Positions 33,744 to 44,091 of a stretch of DNA of 64,000 nt are shown here, piece after piece; within the stretch, counting starts at the first letter, position 1, and each line of letters begins with the position of its first letter. Source of the DNA: Candidatus Dormiibacterota bacterium. Lineage in GTDB: Bacteria; Chloroflexota; Dormibacteria; Aeolococcales; Aeolococcaceae. Where the stretch lies: positions 1,282,745-1,346,744 of the forward strand of contig CAVOMR010000003.1 of NCBI GenBank assembly GCA_963697085.1, read 5' to 3'. A program made the translations under genes and the position numbers. The notes beneath the pieces are model-generated. The model saw only the letters and a list, made by a program, of their open reading frames with translations. It searched no databases and was not told the DNA's origin.

Positions 33744-35351
33744 ATGGGATTCGTTGATGTGAAAGGGTTGCGGCACGTTCTGCCGGACGGCCGCGTGCTG
33801 TTCCAGGACCTGTCGTTTCGCGTCGGCGAGGGGAGCAAGACAGCCCTGCTCGGTGCCAACGGTGCTGGGAAGACGACGGTGCTCAGGATGGTTGCCGGCG
33901 ACCTGAAACCCCAGGAGGGCACCGTGACAAGCGGCGGTGTCCTCGGAGTCATGCATCAGTTCATCGGTGGCGTTGCAGGTGTGCGCACAGTGCGCGACCT
34001 GCTCATCTCCGTTGCGCCCACGTCGCTCCGCCGCGCCGCGATGGCGCTCGACAAGACCGAGACCCTGATGCACCAGCAGCCCGGTGACGTCGCCACCGGG
34101 GCTGCGTACGCGCAGGCGGTTGCCGACTACGCCGATGCCGGCGGATACGACGCTGAATCCGTGTGGAATCTGTGCACGAACGCGGCGCTCGACCAGGACT
34201 ACGACGAGGCCGCGTCGCGGCCGGTCAACGAGCTGAGCGGTGGCGAGCAGAAGCGTCTGATGCTCGACGCGCTGCTGCGTGGCGCCGCATCAGTGCTGCT
34301 GCTCGACGAGCCGGACAACTACCTCGACGTCCCGAGCAAGGAGTGGCTCGAGGCCGCGCTCATCGCGAGCACGAAGACGGTGCTGTTCATCACGCATGAT
34401 CGTGAGCTGCTCTCGCGCACAGCGCAGCGGATCATCACCATCGAGGGACACGGCGCGTGGATCCACGGAGGCGGCTACGCGTCGTATGCAGAGGCACGCC
34501 GGAACCGGACCGAGCGCATCGAGGAATTGAACCGACGCTGGAACGAGGAGCACGAGCGGATCATCGAGTACGTGCGCACGTTGCAGCAGCAGGCGTCGCG
34601 CAGCCCCGCGATGGCGTCGCGGTACAAGGCTGCGCAGACGAAGCTCCGCCATTTCGAGGAGAAAGGCAGGCCCGCCGAGCGCCCCAGCGAGCAGAACGTG
34701 CGCATGCGGCTGCGCGGCGGTCGGACGGGTGTGCAGGCGATCATCTGCAAGAGGCTCGAGCTGACCGGGTTGCTCGAGCCGTTCGACCTCGATGTGGTGT
34801 TCGGCGAGCGCGTCGCGGTCGTCGGGCCGAACGGCTCCGGGAAGTCCCACTTCCTGAGCCTGCTTGCCGGTGAGGATGTCGCTCACACTGGCGACTTCCG
34901 TCTCGGGGCGCGAGTCGTTCCCGGTGTGTTCTCGCAGCTGCACAAGCGACCCGACCTTGCGGGCCGCTCGCCGGTCGCGATCCTCGGCAACGTGCAGCTC
35001 GAGCGCGGCAGGGCAATCGGCATGCTGCGCCGGTACGGCCTCGACCAGCAGGCGGATCAGCTCTTCGAGACGATGAGCGGCGGCCAGCAGGCGCGCCTGC
35101 AGATCCTGATGCTGGAGGTCGAGGGAGCGACGCTGTTGCTGCTTGACGAGCCGACCGACAACCTCGATGTCGACAGCGCGCAGGCACTCGAGGACGGGCT
35201 CGAGTCGTATGAGGGAACGGTGCTCGTGGTCACGCACGACCGCTGGTTCGCGCGCAGCTTCGATCGTTTCCTCGTGTTCGGCGAGGACGGTCGTGTGTGG
35301 GAGTCGGCCGATCCCGTCTGGACGCAACCGGTCCCGCAGGCAGCACGGTAG
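33744..35351 (+). CDS. ABC-F family ATPase (two ABC cassettes, no TM domain)
   Basis: Walker A GANGAGKTT and GPNGSGKSH. Signatures LSGGEQKR and MSGGQQAR. The earlier ORF start at 33678 lies inside the terminator hairpin. An alternative ATG is at 33726. Confidence 0.85.
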   Translation: MGFVDVKGLRHVLPDGRVLFQDLSFRVGEGSKTALLGANGAGKTTVLRMVAGDLKPQEGTVTSGGVLGVMHQFIGGVAGVRTVRDLLISVAPTSLRRAAMALDKTETLMHQQPGDVATGAAYAQAVADYADAGGYDAESVWNLCTNAALDQDYDEAASRPVNELSGGEQKRLMLDALLRGAASVLLLDEPDNYLDVPSKEWLEAALIASTKTVLFITHDRELLSRTAQRIITIEGHGAWIHGGGYASYAEARRNRTERIEELNRRWNEEHERIIEYVRTLQQQASRSPAMASRYKAAQTKLRHFEEKGRPAERPSEQNVRMRLRGGRTGVQAIICKRLELTGLLEPFDLDVVFGERVAVVGPNGSGKSHFLSLLAGEDVAHTGDFRLGARVVPGVFSQLHKRPDLAGRSPVAILGNVQLERGRAIGMLRRYGLDQQADQLFETMSGGQQARLQILMLEVEGATLLLLDEPTDNLDVDSAQALEDGLESYEGTVLVVTHDRWFARSFDRFLVFGEDGRVWESADPVWTQPVPQAAR

Positions 35352-35355
35352 GTTC

Positions 35356-36585
35356 GTGAGTACCGCCCCGCCGCGCGTGAGGCGCGCGTGGTGGACGCGT
35401 CGTGCAGGCGGTCTCCCTCGATCCTTCTGGGTCGTCTTCGCCGGCACGGTGATCAACCGGCTCGGCTACGTCGTCGAACCGTTCCTGGCTCTCTACCTCG
35501 TGCACGGACGCGGACTGTCCGTCGGCGTCGCGGGGTTGCTCATCGCATGCTTCGGAGCCGGAGCGTTTGTTTCCCAACCGCTCGGAGGCCTGCTTGCGGA
35601 CCGAGCCGGCCGTCGCCTCACGATCATTCTCGGGATGACCGGCTCGGCGGTCGGATTCATCGTGCTCGGTCTCGCTCCGACGCTCGTGGTCATCGGCATC
35701 GCCGCCGCACTCTGCGGGCTGGCGATCGACCTGTATCGACCAGCCGTGGCAGCCATCGTTGCCGATGTCGTCCCAACGCCGGATCGTACGCGAGCGTATG
35801 GCCTGCTCTACTGGGGTCTCAACCTCGGCGTCGGCGTCGCGGCGGTCGCGGGCGGCTTTCTTGCGCAGCACTCGTACTGGTTTCTCTTCATCCTCGATGC
35901 TGCGACGTGTGTCGGTTTCGCCGTCGTCGTGGGCGTGGGCCTGCCGGAGACTCGGCCGGAGCGCCACATTGAAGAGCAGGGCGGCTACGGCGCAGTGCTC
36001 TCCGACAGGTTGATGCTCGCGATCGCCGCGTCGGCGTTTGTCAGCGGTGTCGTGTACCTGCAGTCATTCGTGACGCTCCCACTCGTGATGAGCATTCACG
36101 GTCTCGGCCCGGCTGCGTACGGCCTGGCGTACGTCGTCAACCCGATTGCGGTGATCGTCGTGCAGCCGTTGACCATTCGATGGCTGGCGAAGCAGCGGCT
36201 GGTCTCTGTGTACGCCGGCGGCGCGGTGCTGCTCGGGCTCGGCTTCTTCGTCACCCTCTTCGCTCGCTCGGTGCTCGCATACGCAGCCACGGTGTTGCTG
36301 TGGACACTTGGAGAGATCGCCTTCAACGCGGTCGGGCCCGCACTCGTGGCGGATCTCGCCCCGATACACCTTCGTGGACGCTACAACGGTGTCTTCGGCA
36401 CCGCATTCGGCGCCGCCGCACTGGTTGCGCCGATCGCCGGGACCGCAACCCTCCAGCACCTGGGTGAGGGATTGCTCTGGAGTGCCTGTCTGGTGGTCTC
36501 GGTGATCGCCGGGTGCGGCATCCTGCTGCTCGGGACCCACATCGACAAACGACGCGCATTGATGGGCGCCGCGGTCGCCGGCTGA
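35356..36585 (+). CDS. MFS transporter
   Basis: The GTG at 35356 lies just after the ABC-F stop. 12-TM-like profile with the motif GGLLADRAGRR. Confidence 0.8.
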   Translation: MSTAPPRVRRAWWTRRAGGLPRSFWVVFAGTVINRLGYVVEPFLALYLVHGRGLSVGVAGLLIACFGAGAFVSQPLGGLLADRAGRRLTIILGMTGSAVGFIVLGLAPTLVVIGIAAALCGLAIDLYRPAVAAIVADVVPTPDRTRAYGLLYWGLNLGVGVAAVAGGFLAQHSYWFLFILDAATCVGFAVVVGVGLPETRPERHIEEQGGYGAVLSDRLMLAIAASAFVSGVVYLQSFVTLPLVMSIHGLGPAAYGLAYVVNPIAVIVVQPLTIRWLAKQRLVSVYAGGAVLLGLGFFVTLFARSVLAYAATVLLWTLGEIAFNAVGPALVADLAPIHLRGRYNGVFGTAFGAAALVAPIAGTATLQHLGEGLLWSACLVVSVIAGCGILLLGTHIDKRRALMGAAVAG

Positions 36586-36589
36586 GAGG

Positions 36590-36621
36590 GGTGAAGGACC
36601 GCCGCCGGGCGGTCCTTCACC
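36590..36621. terminator. Bidirectional hairpin terminator between convergent genes
   Basis: Perfect 14-bp stem GGTGAAGGACCGCC / GGCGGTCCTTCACC with a 4-nt loop. Confidence 0.65.
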
Positions 36622-36682
36622 AGTCTCCGCTCTCGCACATGTCAGCCCACCGACGTCGGACATCAAGCGCAGACGCGTCGCC

Positions 36683-36883
36683 TCACGCCCTGGTCTGCTC
36701 CGGAAACTCCGGTACCTGTCCCGGAACGTTCGGGGTTGGGACCTGAGGTATCTCTCCCGGCGCCTCCAGCGGTGGCGTGTCCGCGGGGAAGTCTCCCGGA
36801 GCCGACGGCGGCTCGATCTGAGGGGTCTGCGGGGGATCGATCTGCGGTGTCTCCTGGGGCATCTCGCCTGCTGAAAGGCTCAT
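36683..36883 (-). CDS. Small acidic proline-rich protein (66 aa) with PQ-x-x-PP repeats
   Basis: The ATG overlaps the stop of the upstream gene (ATGA). Sequence MSLSAGEMPQETPQIDPPQTPQIEPPSAPGDFPADTPPLEAPGEIPQVPTPNVPGQVPEFPEQ. No family recognised. Confidence 0.4.
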   Translation of the reverse strand: MSLSAGEMPQETPQIDPPQTPQIEPPSAPGDFPADTPPLEAPGEIPQVPTPNVPGQVPEFPEQTRA

Positions 36884-37128
36884 CGCTTCGCGTGGCCACC
36901 GGCCATGAGCTGCCGCCAGCCTCGTACCTCGATCTCGACGCCGAAGCGGCGTGCCGCCGCCCGGATCTTCCTCCAGGCCCGGTCACGGTCGGCATCGCTC
37001 ACGCCTTCGACCTGATTGAAACGCGCGAGCGCATTGCGGACGTGGTCCGCATCGGTCAGCGGTTCCTTCCGCTGCTTCGTAAAGGCGAAGCTGCGGGCGT
37101 CGAGCTTGTTTCGTCCCCGAGTTTGCAT
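36880..37128 (-). CDS. Small conserved actinobacterial-type protein (DUF6582-like)
   Basis: FAFTKQRKEPLTDADHVRNALARFNQVEGVSDADRDRAWRKIRAAARRFGVEI. Confidence 0.6.
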   Translation of the reverse strand: MQTRGRNKLDARSFAFTKQRKEPLTDADHVRNALARFNQVEGVSDADRDRAWRKIRAAARRFGVEIEVRGWRQLMAGGHAKR

Positions 37129-37146
37129 GGCCGGTTCCTCGTTTCC

Positions 37147-37338
37147 TCAGCGGTTGTCCGCTTTGTCCTTCAGGGCGTCGGCGGCTCCCTTCACTTTGTC
37201 GGCGGCATCACCAAGCGCGTGCTCTGCGCCACCGACGGCGTGTTGCATCTTGCCTTCGGACTCGCGTTCCTTGTCGCCGGTGACCTTGCCCTGAACCTCT
37301 TTCGCCCTGCCGATGACCTGGTCCTGCTCTCCAGACAT
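37147..37338 (-). CDS. CsbD family stress-response protein
   Basis: MSGEQDQVIGRAKEVQGKVTGDKERESEGKMQHAVGGAEHALGDAADKVKGA. Confidence 0.8.
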   Translation of the reverse strand: MSGEQDQVIGRAKEVQGKVTGDKERESEGKMQHAVGGAEHALGDAADKVKGAADALKDKADNR

Positions 37339-37462
37339 GTCGCGTCCTCCGATGAGAGAGGGACCGATGTGGAGCCGGCAGCCTCTCGTGAATATGATAG
37401 TGACACTATCATGAAAGTACCAGGCTAGGATATGGGGTGTGGCCTCACCCGCCACCGCGTCC

Positions 37463-39838
37463 TCAGCTTTGTCGTGCGGTCTCGGGCTCCCGCACCGGGG
37501 CGTCTCGTGGCGTCCGGAACCGGGCCACCAGCTCGTCGGGCGCGATCGGCCGGCTGATCAGGTACCCCTGCAGCTCCGAGCAATGACGGCTCGAGAGGTA
37601 CTGGCGCTGCACCTCGGTCTCCACGCCCTCGGCCACGACCGTTAGACCAAGGCTCAGACCCATGGCGATCATGGCGTCGATGATCGGAGCGTCCTGCGAC
37701 GCGCTGACGATCGCGCGCGTGAAGGACAGATCGATCTTGAGTGTGTCCACCGGGAATCGCTCCAACCGGCTCAGCACGGAATAGCCGGTGCCGAAGTCAT
37801 CGATGGCGATGCGCACACCGAGGTCGCGGACCATCTGCAGCAGGGCGAGCGCCTCGCCCTGCTGCGGCACGGCAGCACTCTCGGTGATCTCGAGCTCGAG
37901 GAGGCGCGGATCCAGACCGGTGACGTTGAGCGCATCGATGACCCGCTCGAGCAGACGGCAGCTCACCAGGCTTCGACCCGAGACGTTGACCGCGACGGGC
38001 AGGGGGCCGGCGTCGGAGTTCGCCCATGACTGCGCCTGCCGGCACGCCGCTGTGAGCACCCAGGTGTCAAGGTCGTTGATCAGCCCGCTCTGCTCCGCGA
38101 TGGGTATGAACACGTCCGGTGCTACCGGGCCACGGGTGGGATGGTTCCAGCGCACCAACGCTTCGACACCCTTGAGGACATTGGTCTGCGCGTCGACCTT
38201 CGGCTGATACACGAGCATGAGCTCGCCGCGCGCCATCCCGGCGCGAAGGTCCTGCTCGAGCGTCATCCGCTCGAGAGCGTCGACGTACATCGTGCCGGTG
38301 AACACGGCATGACGGTCCTTGCCGTCGGCTTTGCCCACGTACAGCGCCACGTCTGCGTTCCGCACCACATCCGCCGCGACCTTCGCATCGATCGAGGTCG
38401 CGACACCGATGGTTGCGGTGATGCTCATCCGCCGCTTACCGATGGTGAACGGCGACTGCAGCGCAACGCGCAGCCGCTCCGCCGTCCGTGAGGCCTCGCA
38501 CGGGTCGGTGAGATCCTCCAGGAGGATCGCGAACTCGTCGCCGCCGAGCCGCGCCGCGGTGTCGCTCGGTCCGATGCCACTGGCAAGACGCTGGGACACC
38601 TTCACCAGAAGGTCGTCGCCGGTTGGGTGACCGAGGCTGTCGTTGACGGTCTTGAAGTTGTCGAGGTCGATCATCAGCACGGCGTAGCAGCCACCGCTGG
38701 ATTCCAGCCGCTGATGCGCATGCTGGAGCCTGTCGCGGAACAGCGAGCGATTTGGCAGGCCGGTGAGCTCATCGTGAAACGCCTGATGCTCGAGCTCATG
38801 CTGGAGGCGCGCGCGATCGGTGACATCGCTCGGGCAGATGATCATCGCAGGCTCGCCGTCGAAGATCATCTGCCGGGTGTCAATCTCGATGTCGAGAACG
38901 TCGCCGGCTTTCGTGCAGTGACGGATGTTCTCGAAGTGCGTCCGCCCGCTGCGGACTGCGAGCAGGTTGCCGACCAGTTGCTCGCGATCCTCCGGAGGGC
39001 GGATCTGCCCGAGATGGAGCGCGAGGAACTCGGCGCGCGTGTAGCCGTACATTGCTTCGGCCGCCCGGTTCACAGAGAGGAATTGCAGCTCGCCCGTCGG
39101 GTGTGCAGACGCCGGGAGCCTCGTGACCAGCATCGGTTGCGGGTTCTCGTCGAACAGTGAGCGGAACGTCTCCTCGCGGGTCGCAATGACACGCGCGTTG
39201 TCCGCGAGCCGGTGCGCGACCGTCTCTGCGGCGATGATCCTGTGGCGCCGGCGGCGCGCGAAGAGCGCGAACACGCAGATCAGCAGGCCGGCGGCGATCA
39301 CCAGGCCGACCGTCGCCACAAACGCGATGGTCACCCCGCCGGCGGCGCTCGCGGCCTCCGCGTTAGCCTCAGCCTTCAATGCGGCGTCCAGCGGCGCGAA
39401 CGTCGCCTCAACCAGGCTCACCGAGAGGTCGGCAGGCGTCTCCGTGCCCGCAATCCGCATCCCGTTCAGCTCACCTGAGACCGCTTCCTGATACGCATTG
39501 GTGAGTTGCGTGATGTGTGTCAGCACCGCACTGGATGCGTCCAGCGACTGGATGCCACGGAGCGCCTTCTGCGCCTCTGCCTGCAGCACCGTCCGCGTGG
39601 CCACGCTGTCGAGCACGCTCTCCTGCTCCACAGCGATATCGGTCCGCAGTCCGCTCATCGCCTGTGCCGCGGCCTGCTTCTGGTCAGACCAGACGTGCAG
39701 CGCGACGAAGGCGGCGAGGACGGCGCAGGTGAGGGCACCGTAGGCGACGAATCCAACCCAGACAGGCATATCCGCCGGACGCGAAGACCTTCCTGGCCGA
39801 GTGATTTTCACTGCTGCCTCGTATTTCGCCTGCAGCAA
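37463..39838 (-). CDS. Membrane sensor with PAS, GGDEF (diguanylate cyclase) and EAL (phosphodiesterase) domains
   Basis: RLGGDEFAILL (GGDEF) and GVEALVRWNHP...ELEITES...DDFGTGYS (EAL). N-terminal TM/periplasmic-type region. The start is uncertain: TTG at 39838 or ATG at 39769. Confidence 0.9.
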   Translation of the reverse strand: MLQAKYEAAVKITRPGRSSRPADMPVWVGFVAYGALTCAVLAAFVALHVWSDQKQAAAQAMSGLRTDIAVEQESVLDSVATRTVLQAEAQKALRGIQSLDASSAVLTHITQLTNAYQEAVSGELNGMRIAGTETPADLSVSLVEATFAPLDAALKAEANAEAASAAGGVTIAFVATVGLVIAAGLLICVFALFARRRRHRIIAAETVAHRLADNARVIATREETFRSLFDENPQPMLVTRLPASAHPTGELQFLSVNRAAEAMYGYTRAEFLALHLGQIRPPEDREQLVGNLLAVRSGRTHFENIRHCTKAGDVLDIEIDTRQMIFDGEPAMIICPSDVTDRARLQHELEHQAFHDELTGLPNRSLFRDRLQHAHQRLESSGGCYAVLMIDLDNFKTVNDSLGHPTGDDLLVKVSQRLASGIGPSDTAARLGGDEFAILLEDLTDPCEASRTAERLRVALQSPFTIGKRRMSITATIGVATSIDAKVAADVVRNADVALYVGKADGKDRHAVFTGTMYVDALERMTLEQDLRAGMARGELMLVYQPKVDAQTNVLKGVEALVRWNHPTRGPVAPDVFIPIAEQSGLINDLDTWVLTAACRQAQSWANSDAGPLPVAVNVSGRSLVSCRLLERVIDALNVTGLDPRLLELEITESAAVPQQGEALALLQMVRDLGVRIAIDDFGTGYSVLSRLERFPVDTLKIDLSFTRAIVSASQDAPIIDAMIAMGLSLGLTVVAEGVETEVQRQYLSSRHCSELQGYLISRPIAPDELVARFRTPRDAPVREPETARQS

Positions 39839-39934
39839 AGCATGGCTGCTCCCAGTCGCACGCTAGCGCGCGCGACCCGATCCGCACCACGGCATTGCAA
39901 AGTCCGCGCAAACCCGAGACAATCGCCGACTTGC

Positions 39935-39949
39935 ATTAGGTTGCCTAAT
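39935..39949. promoter_or_regulatory. AT-rich palindrome, candidate MarR operator
   Basis: ATTAGG-TTG-CCTAAT (6-bp inverted arms) about 17 bp upstream of the marR-type gene, followed by a related half site TAGCCTAA. It is conspicuous in otherwise GC-rich DNA. Confidence 0.45.
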
Positions 39950-39965
39950 TTGGTAGCCTAACGAT

Positions 39966-40403
39966 ATGACCGTCACAGCGAGTGAGATCGTCGAGGCGCT
40001 GGACTCGGACTTTCCCACCGCGATCACCCGGCTCTACCGGCGCCTGCGCGCCGAGCGACCTGGTGACCAGATCAGCGACTCGCAGCGGACGGTGCTGGCG
40101 CTCCTCGTGCGGGAAGGACCGCACACGCTGCGAGAGCTCAGCGACCACGAGCACGTCACGCCGCCGTCGATGAACCAGACGGTGAACTACCTCGCGAGCG
40201 CCGGTTACGTGGCGCGAACCGACGACCCTAAGGACGGCCGCAAGGTGATTCTCACGGCGACGGCGGAGGGCATCGCGCTCATCGCGGAGGCGCGCCAGCG
40301 GCGCCACATGTGGCTGAACGGGCAGCTCCAGCAGCTCTCGAACGACGAGCGCGCGGTGCTGTCCAAGGCGACGCACATCCTCAACAAGATCGCTGACTCG
40401 TGA
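39966..40403 (+). CDS. MarR family transcriptional regulator
   Basis: Winged-helix region SDSQRTVLALLVREGPHTLRELSDHEHVTPPSMNQTVNYLASAGYVARTDDPKDGRKV. Confidence 0.85.
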   Translation: MTVTASEIVEALDSDFPTAITRLYRRLRAERPGDQISDSQRTVLALLVREGPHTLRELSDHEHVTPPSMNQTVNYLASAGYVARTDDPKDGRKVILTATAEGIALIAEARQRRHMWLNGQLQQLSNDERAVLSKATHILNKIADS

Positions 40404-42100
40404 GCGCGCAGGCGACTCTCGAAAAGCCGGCGGTTGCGGGGATCTCGCCCCGCTACAAGTGGCTCGTGCTGTCCAACACCACGATCGGCGTGCTGCTGGC
40501 GACGATCAACTCGTCGATCATGCTCATCGCGATGCCCGACATCTTTCGCGGCATCAAGCTCAATCCGCTCGCGCCGGGGAACAGCTTCTACCTGCTCTGG
40601 ATGATCCTCGGCTATCTCATCGTGAGCAGCGTGCTCGTCGTGAGCCTCGGGCGGCTCGGCGACATGTTCGGTCGCGTGCGCATGTACAGCCTCGGGTTCG
40701 TCATCTACACATCGGCCTCATTCGTCCTAACTGTTGACCCGTTGACCGCGCAGTCCGGCGCCCTCTGGTTGATCATCGGCCGCCTCCTGCAGGGAGTCGG
40801 CGCGGCGTTCCTCGTCGCCAACTCCGCGGCGATCCTCACCGATGCGTTCCCCTCGAACCAGCGCGGTCTTGCGCTCGGGATCAACAGCATCGCAGCGATC
40901 AGCGGGCAGTTCATCGGCCTGATTCTCGGCGGCGTCCTCGGGTCGATCGACTGGCGCCTCGTGTTCCTCGTCTCAGTGCCGTTCGGTCTTTTCGGGACGA
41001 TCTGGTCGTACCGCAATCTCAAGGAGTTGGGCCAGCGTCACCGGGCGAAGGTTGACTGGAGGGGCAATGTCACCTTCGCGCTGGGGCTCGTGCTCGTGAT
41101 GATCGGCATCACGTACGGGATCGAGCCCGCGGACGGCAAGAGCATGGGCTGGACGAGCGCGCCGGTGATCGCGTTGCTCACCACCGGTGTGGCATCGCTC
41201 GTCGCGTTCGGCGTCATCGAATCCCGTGTCACGGAGCCGATGTTCCGGCTTGCGCTCTTCAGGATCAAGGCGTTCACGTTCGGCACGCTGGCGACGTTCC
41301 TATCTGCCATCGGGCGTGGGGGCCTGATGTTCATGCTGATCATCTGGTTGCAGGGGATCTGGCTGCCGCTGCACGGGTACAGCTTCGAACAGACACCGCT
41401 CTGGGCCGGCATCCTGATGCTGCCGCTGACCGCCGGCTTCCTGCTCGCCGGGCCGGTTTCAGGCTATCTGTCGGACAAGGTCGGCGCGCGATATCTCGCG
41501 ACCGGCGGGATGACCGGTGCGGCGTTCGGATTCCTGCTGCTTCTCTTCCTGCCGATCGACTTCGCGTACGTCGGTTTCGCTGCGATCCTCCTGTTTGTCG
41601 GGCTCTCGATGGGAGCGTTCTCCGCGCCGAACCGCGCCGCGATCATGAACAGCCTTCCAGCCCGGCATCGCGGCGCCGGGGGTGGCATGAACTCGACGTT
41701 TCAGACGTCGGCGCAGGTCCTCTCCATCGGCGTGTTCTTCACGCTGATGATCGTTGGACTGTCAGCGACTCTCCCGACGACGCTGACGCAAGGCCTGGTG
41801 GCGCACGGTGTTCCGCTGTCGGTCGCGACGCACGTCGGCAACCTGCCGCCGGTGTCAATCCTCTTCTCGGCCTTCCTTGGCTACAACCCGATCCAGACGC
41901 TGGTCGGTCCCACAGTGCTCTCGCATCTCTCCGCGGCGAATCGCGCGGCGCTGACCGGGCACTCGTTCTTCCCCAATCTCATCGCCGGCCCGTTCCATTC
42001 GGGCCTGGCCGCGGCGTTCATCTTCGCGGCCACGGTGTCGCTGATCGCGGCGGCAGCGTCCTGGTCGCGCGGCTCGCGGTACGTCAGCGTCGATCTCTAA
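40400..42100 (+). CDS. MFS efflux transporter, DHA2 (EmrB/QacA, 14-TM) type
   Basis: The GTG overlaps the marR stop (GTGA). Motif GRLGDMFGRVRMY and 566 aa of polytopic sequence. Confidence 0.85.
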   Translation: MSAQATLEKPAVAGISPRYKWLVLSNTTIGVLLATINSSIMLIAMPDIFRGIKLNPLAPGNSFYLLWMILGYLIVSSVLVVSLGRLGDMFGRVRMYSLGFVIYTSASFVLTVDPLTAQSGALWLIIGRLLQGVGAAFLVANSAAILTDAFPSNQRGLALGINSIAAISGQFIGLILGGVLGSIDWRLVFLVSVPFGLFGTIWSYRNLKELGQRHRAKVDWRGNVTFALGLVLVMIGITYGIEPADGKSMGWTSAPVIALLTTGVASLVAFGVIESRVTEPMFRLALFRIKAFTFGTLATFLSAIGRGGLMFMLIIWLQGIWLPLHGYSFEQTPLWAGILMLPLTAGFLLAGPVSGYLSDKVGARYLATGGMTGAAFGFLLLLFLPIDFAYVGFAAILLFVGLSMGAFSAPNRAAIMNSLPARHRGAGGGMNSTFQTSAQVLSIGVFFTLMIVGLSATLPTTLTQGLVAHGVPLSVATHVGNLPPVSILFSAFLGYNPIQTLVGPTVLSHLSAANRAALTGHSFFPNLIAGPFHSGLAAAFIFAATVSLIAAAASWSRGSRYVSVDL

Positions 42101-42127
42101 CATCACGGGCATGGAGTCGGTGCGGCG

Positions 42128-43006
42128 GTGAGCACACCGCAGACCGGGATCTTCGCGCTCGGAACGGCGTCGCACACCTACCTTGAATTCGACCTGGTCC
42201 CCGGAGCGGACGGCCAGGACCTTGTCGCGAAGGTCGCGTCGCTGCGCGAGCCGCGCACCACGGTGGGCGGCGTGAACCTGGTCGTCGGATTCCGGCCGGA
42301 GCTGTGGCGAAGGTACGCGCCGGAGGCCGCACCCCTCGGCGTCACGGGGTTCGACAGCGACATCGTCGGGGTCGACGGGTTCCTGATGCCGGCCACGCAA
42401 CACGACGTGGTGGTCTGGGTATCGGGGATCGCGTACGACGTCGTCTTCGGGGTCGCGAAAGCGGTCATCGGTGCGCTCGACACCGTGGCGACCGTTGCAG
42501 ACGAGACGGTGAGCTGGCCCTACGAACGCGATCGCGACCTGACCGGGTTCATCGACGGCACCGAGAACCCCGATCTCATCGATGCGCCAGGCGTTGCGTT
42601 GATCGCCGACGACCAGCCGGGCGCAGGTGGCACCGTGCTGCTGCTGCAGAAGTGGCCGCACGATCGCCGAGCCTGGGAGTCGCTTCCGGTCGAGCAGCAG
42701 GAGCAGATCATGGGGCGCAGAAAGCTCGACGGCGTCGAGCTCGAGAACAAGTCGGTCCATTCGCACGTCGGCAGTACGGACCAGGACCGCTTCGGCAAGG
42801 TGTTCCGGCGCAACATGCCGTACGGGAGCGTCACCGACCACGGCACGATGTTCGTCGGCTTCAGCGCTGACCAGCAACGGCTCACCGCGATGCTGGAGAG
42901 CATGGCCGGTCTCCACGACGGCGTTCGCGATGCCCTGACGGCCTACACGCGACCGCTCACCGGCGCGTACTACGTCGTTCCATCATCGGTGAGCCTGCGC
43001 GGGTAG
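42128..43006 (+). CDS. Dyp-type (dye-decolorizing) peroxidase
   Basis: GFIDGTENP (GxxDG motif), RRNMPYG, and a ferredoxin-like duplicated fold length of about 290 aa. Confidence 0.85.
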   Translation: MSTPQTGIFALGTASHTYLEFDLVPGADGQDLVAKVASLREPRTTVGGVNLVVGFRPELWRRYAPEAAPLGVTGFDSDIVGVDGFLMPATQHDVVVWVSGIAYDVVFGVAKAVIGALDTVATVADETVSWPYERDRDLTGFIDGTENPDLIDAPGVALIADDQPGAGGTVLLLQKWPHDRRAWESLPVEQQEQIMGRRKLDGVELENKSVHSHVGSTDQDRFGKVFRRNMPYGSVTDHGTMFVGFSADQQRLTAMLESMAGLHDGVRDALTAYTRPLTGAYYVVPSSVSLRG

Positions 43007-43698
43007 GCCTGGTACTCGAGGGGATCCACGGCGCCGGCTTCCTGGAAGCCCTTGAGGCGCAGCAGGCAGGAGTCACACGCGCCGCAGGGACGACCTTCGT
43101 TGTCCGGGTCGTAGCAGCTGCTCGTGAGGCCGAAGTCGACGCCGAGCGCCAGGCCCTTGCGGATGATGTCGGCCTTGGTCATCGCGATGAGCGGCGTGTG
43201 GATCGTGAGGCGCCAGGTGCCTTCGACAGCAACCTTCACGGCCAGGTTCGCCATCCGCTCGAACGCCTCGATGTACTCGGGGCGGCAGTCCGGATACCCG
43301 CTGTAGTCGAGCGCGTTGACGCCGATGAAGATGTCCTGCGCACCGAGCACCTCCGCCCACGCGAGTGCGAAGGACAGGAAGATCGTGTTGCGTGCGGGGA
43401 CATATGTGATGGGTATCCCCGCGTTCATGGTGTCGAGCGCTCGGTGCTTCGGCACTTCGATGTCGCTGGTCAGCGCTGACCCGCCGAACACGCGCAGGTC
43501 GATCGTCGCGACGACGTGCTCACTGGCATCGAGGGCGGCCGCGACTCGCCGCGCGGCCTCGAGCTCGTACGCGTGCCGCTGCCCGTACTGAAAGCTCAGT
43601 GCGCGCGTGTCGAAGCCGTCGGCTTTCGCGACGGCGAGCACGGTGCTCGAATCGAGACCACCGCTGAGGAGTACGACAGCACGCGGGTTCGGTGGCAC
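42970..43698 (-). CDS. queC: 7-cyano-7-deazaguanine synthase QueC
   Basis: PP-loop [11 protein letters not shown] and Zn-binding Cys cluster SCYDP...[10 protein letters not shown]. The GTG at 43698 is chosen. The longer ORF N-terminus is Arg-rich and non-homologous. Confidence 0.85.
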   Translation of the reverse strand: MPPNPRAVVLLSGGLDSSTVLAVAKADGFDTRALSFQYGQRHAYELEAARRVAAALDASEHVVATIDLRVFGGSALTSDIEVPKHRALDTMNAGIPITYVPARNTIFLSFALAWAEVLGAQDIFIGVNALDYSGYPDCRPEYIEAFERMANLAVKVAVEGTWRLTIHTPLIAMTKADIIRKGLALGVDFGLTSSCYDPDNEGRPCGACDSCLLRLKGFQEAGAVDPLEYQAYPRRLTDDGTT

Positions 43699-44091
43699 GA
43701 CACAGCAAATGCTGGCAGATCGATGCCGATGTGCTGCGGTCGCGATTCCCAGTGAGTCCACAGCGCGATCCGAGAGTTCCCGGAGCCGCGATCGCCATCG
43801 TCGACGTTGTCGAAACCAAAGCTCATCGGAGACATGACATGACGACGGCAACCATCTTCTTCAACCTCGCGCTCGGCGCCGGGACATCGGGCCTGGTCGG
43901 AACAGCAATGGCCCTCGTTCCCAATATCGACCAACTCCGCGTCGCCGGTCGAACGCGAACTGTGCATCACGTCCATCGCCCGCAGGGACATCTTGGGGCT
44001 GACCTGCAACCCGGCGGGTAGGCCGCCGAGTGGCGCCCGCCGGGACACGAAGCGATACTAGAGAGCAGGACGCACACGGAGGTGAGTACCT

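Noticed and set aside
43699-44091. A preQ1 riboswitch upstream of queC, and a 60-aa ORF ([21 protein letters not shown]...) in the roughly 390-bp gap.
   Set aside because: No preQ1-type motif (A-rich tail with CTA) is visible. The small ORF has mixed codon bias, no SD and no recognisable family. It is left unannotated.
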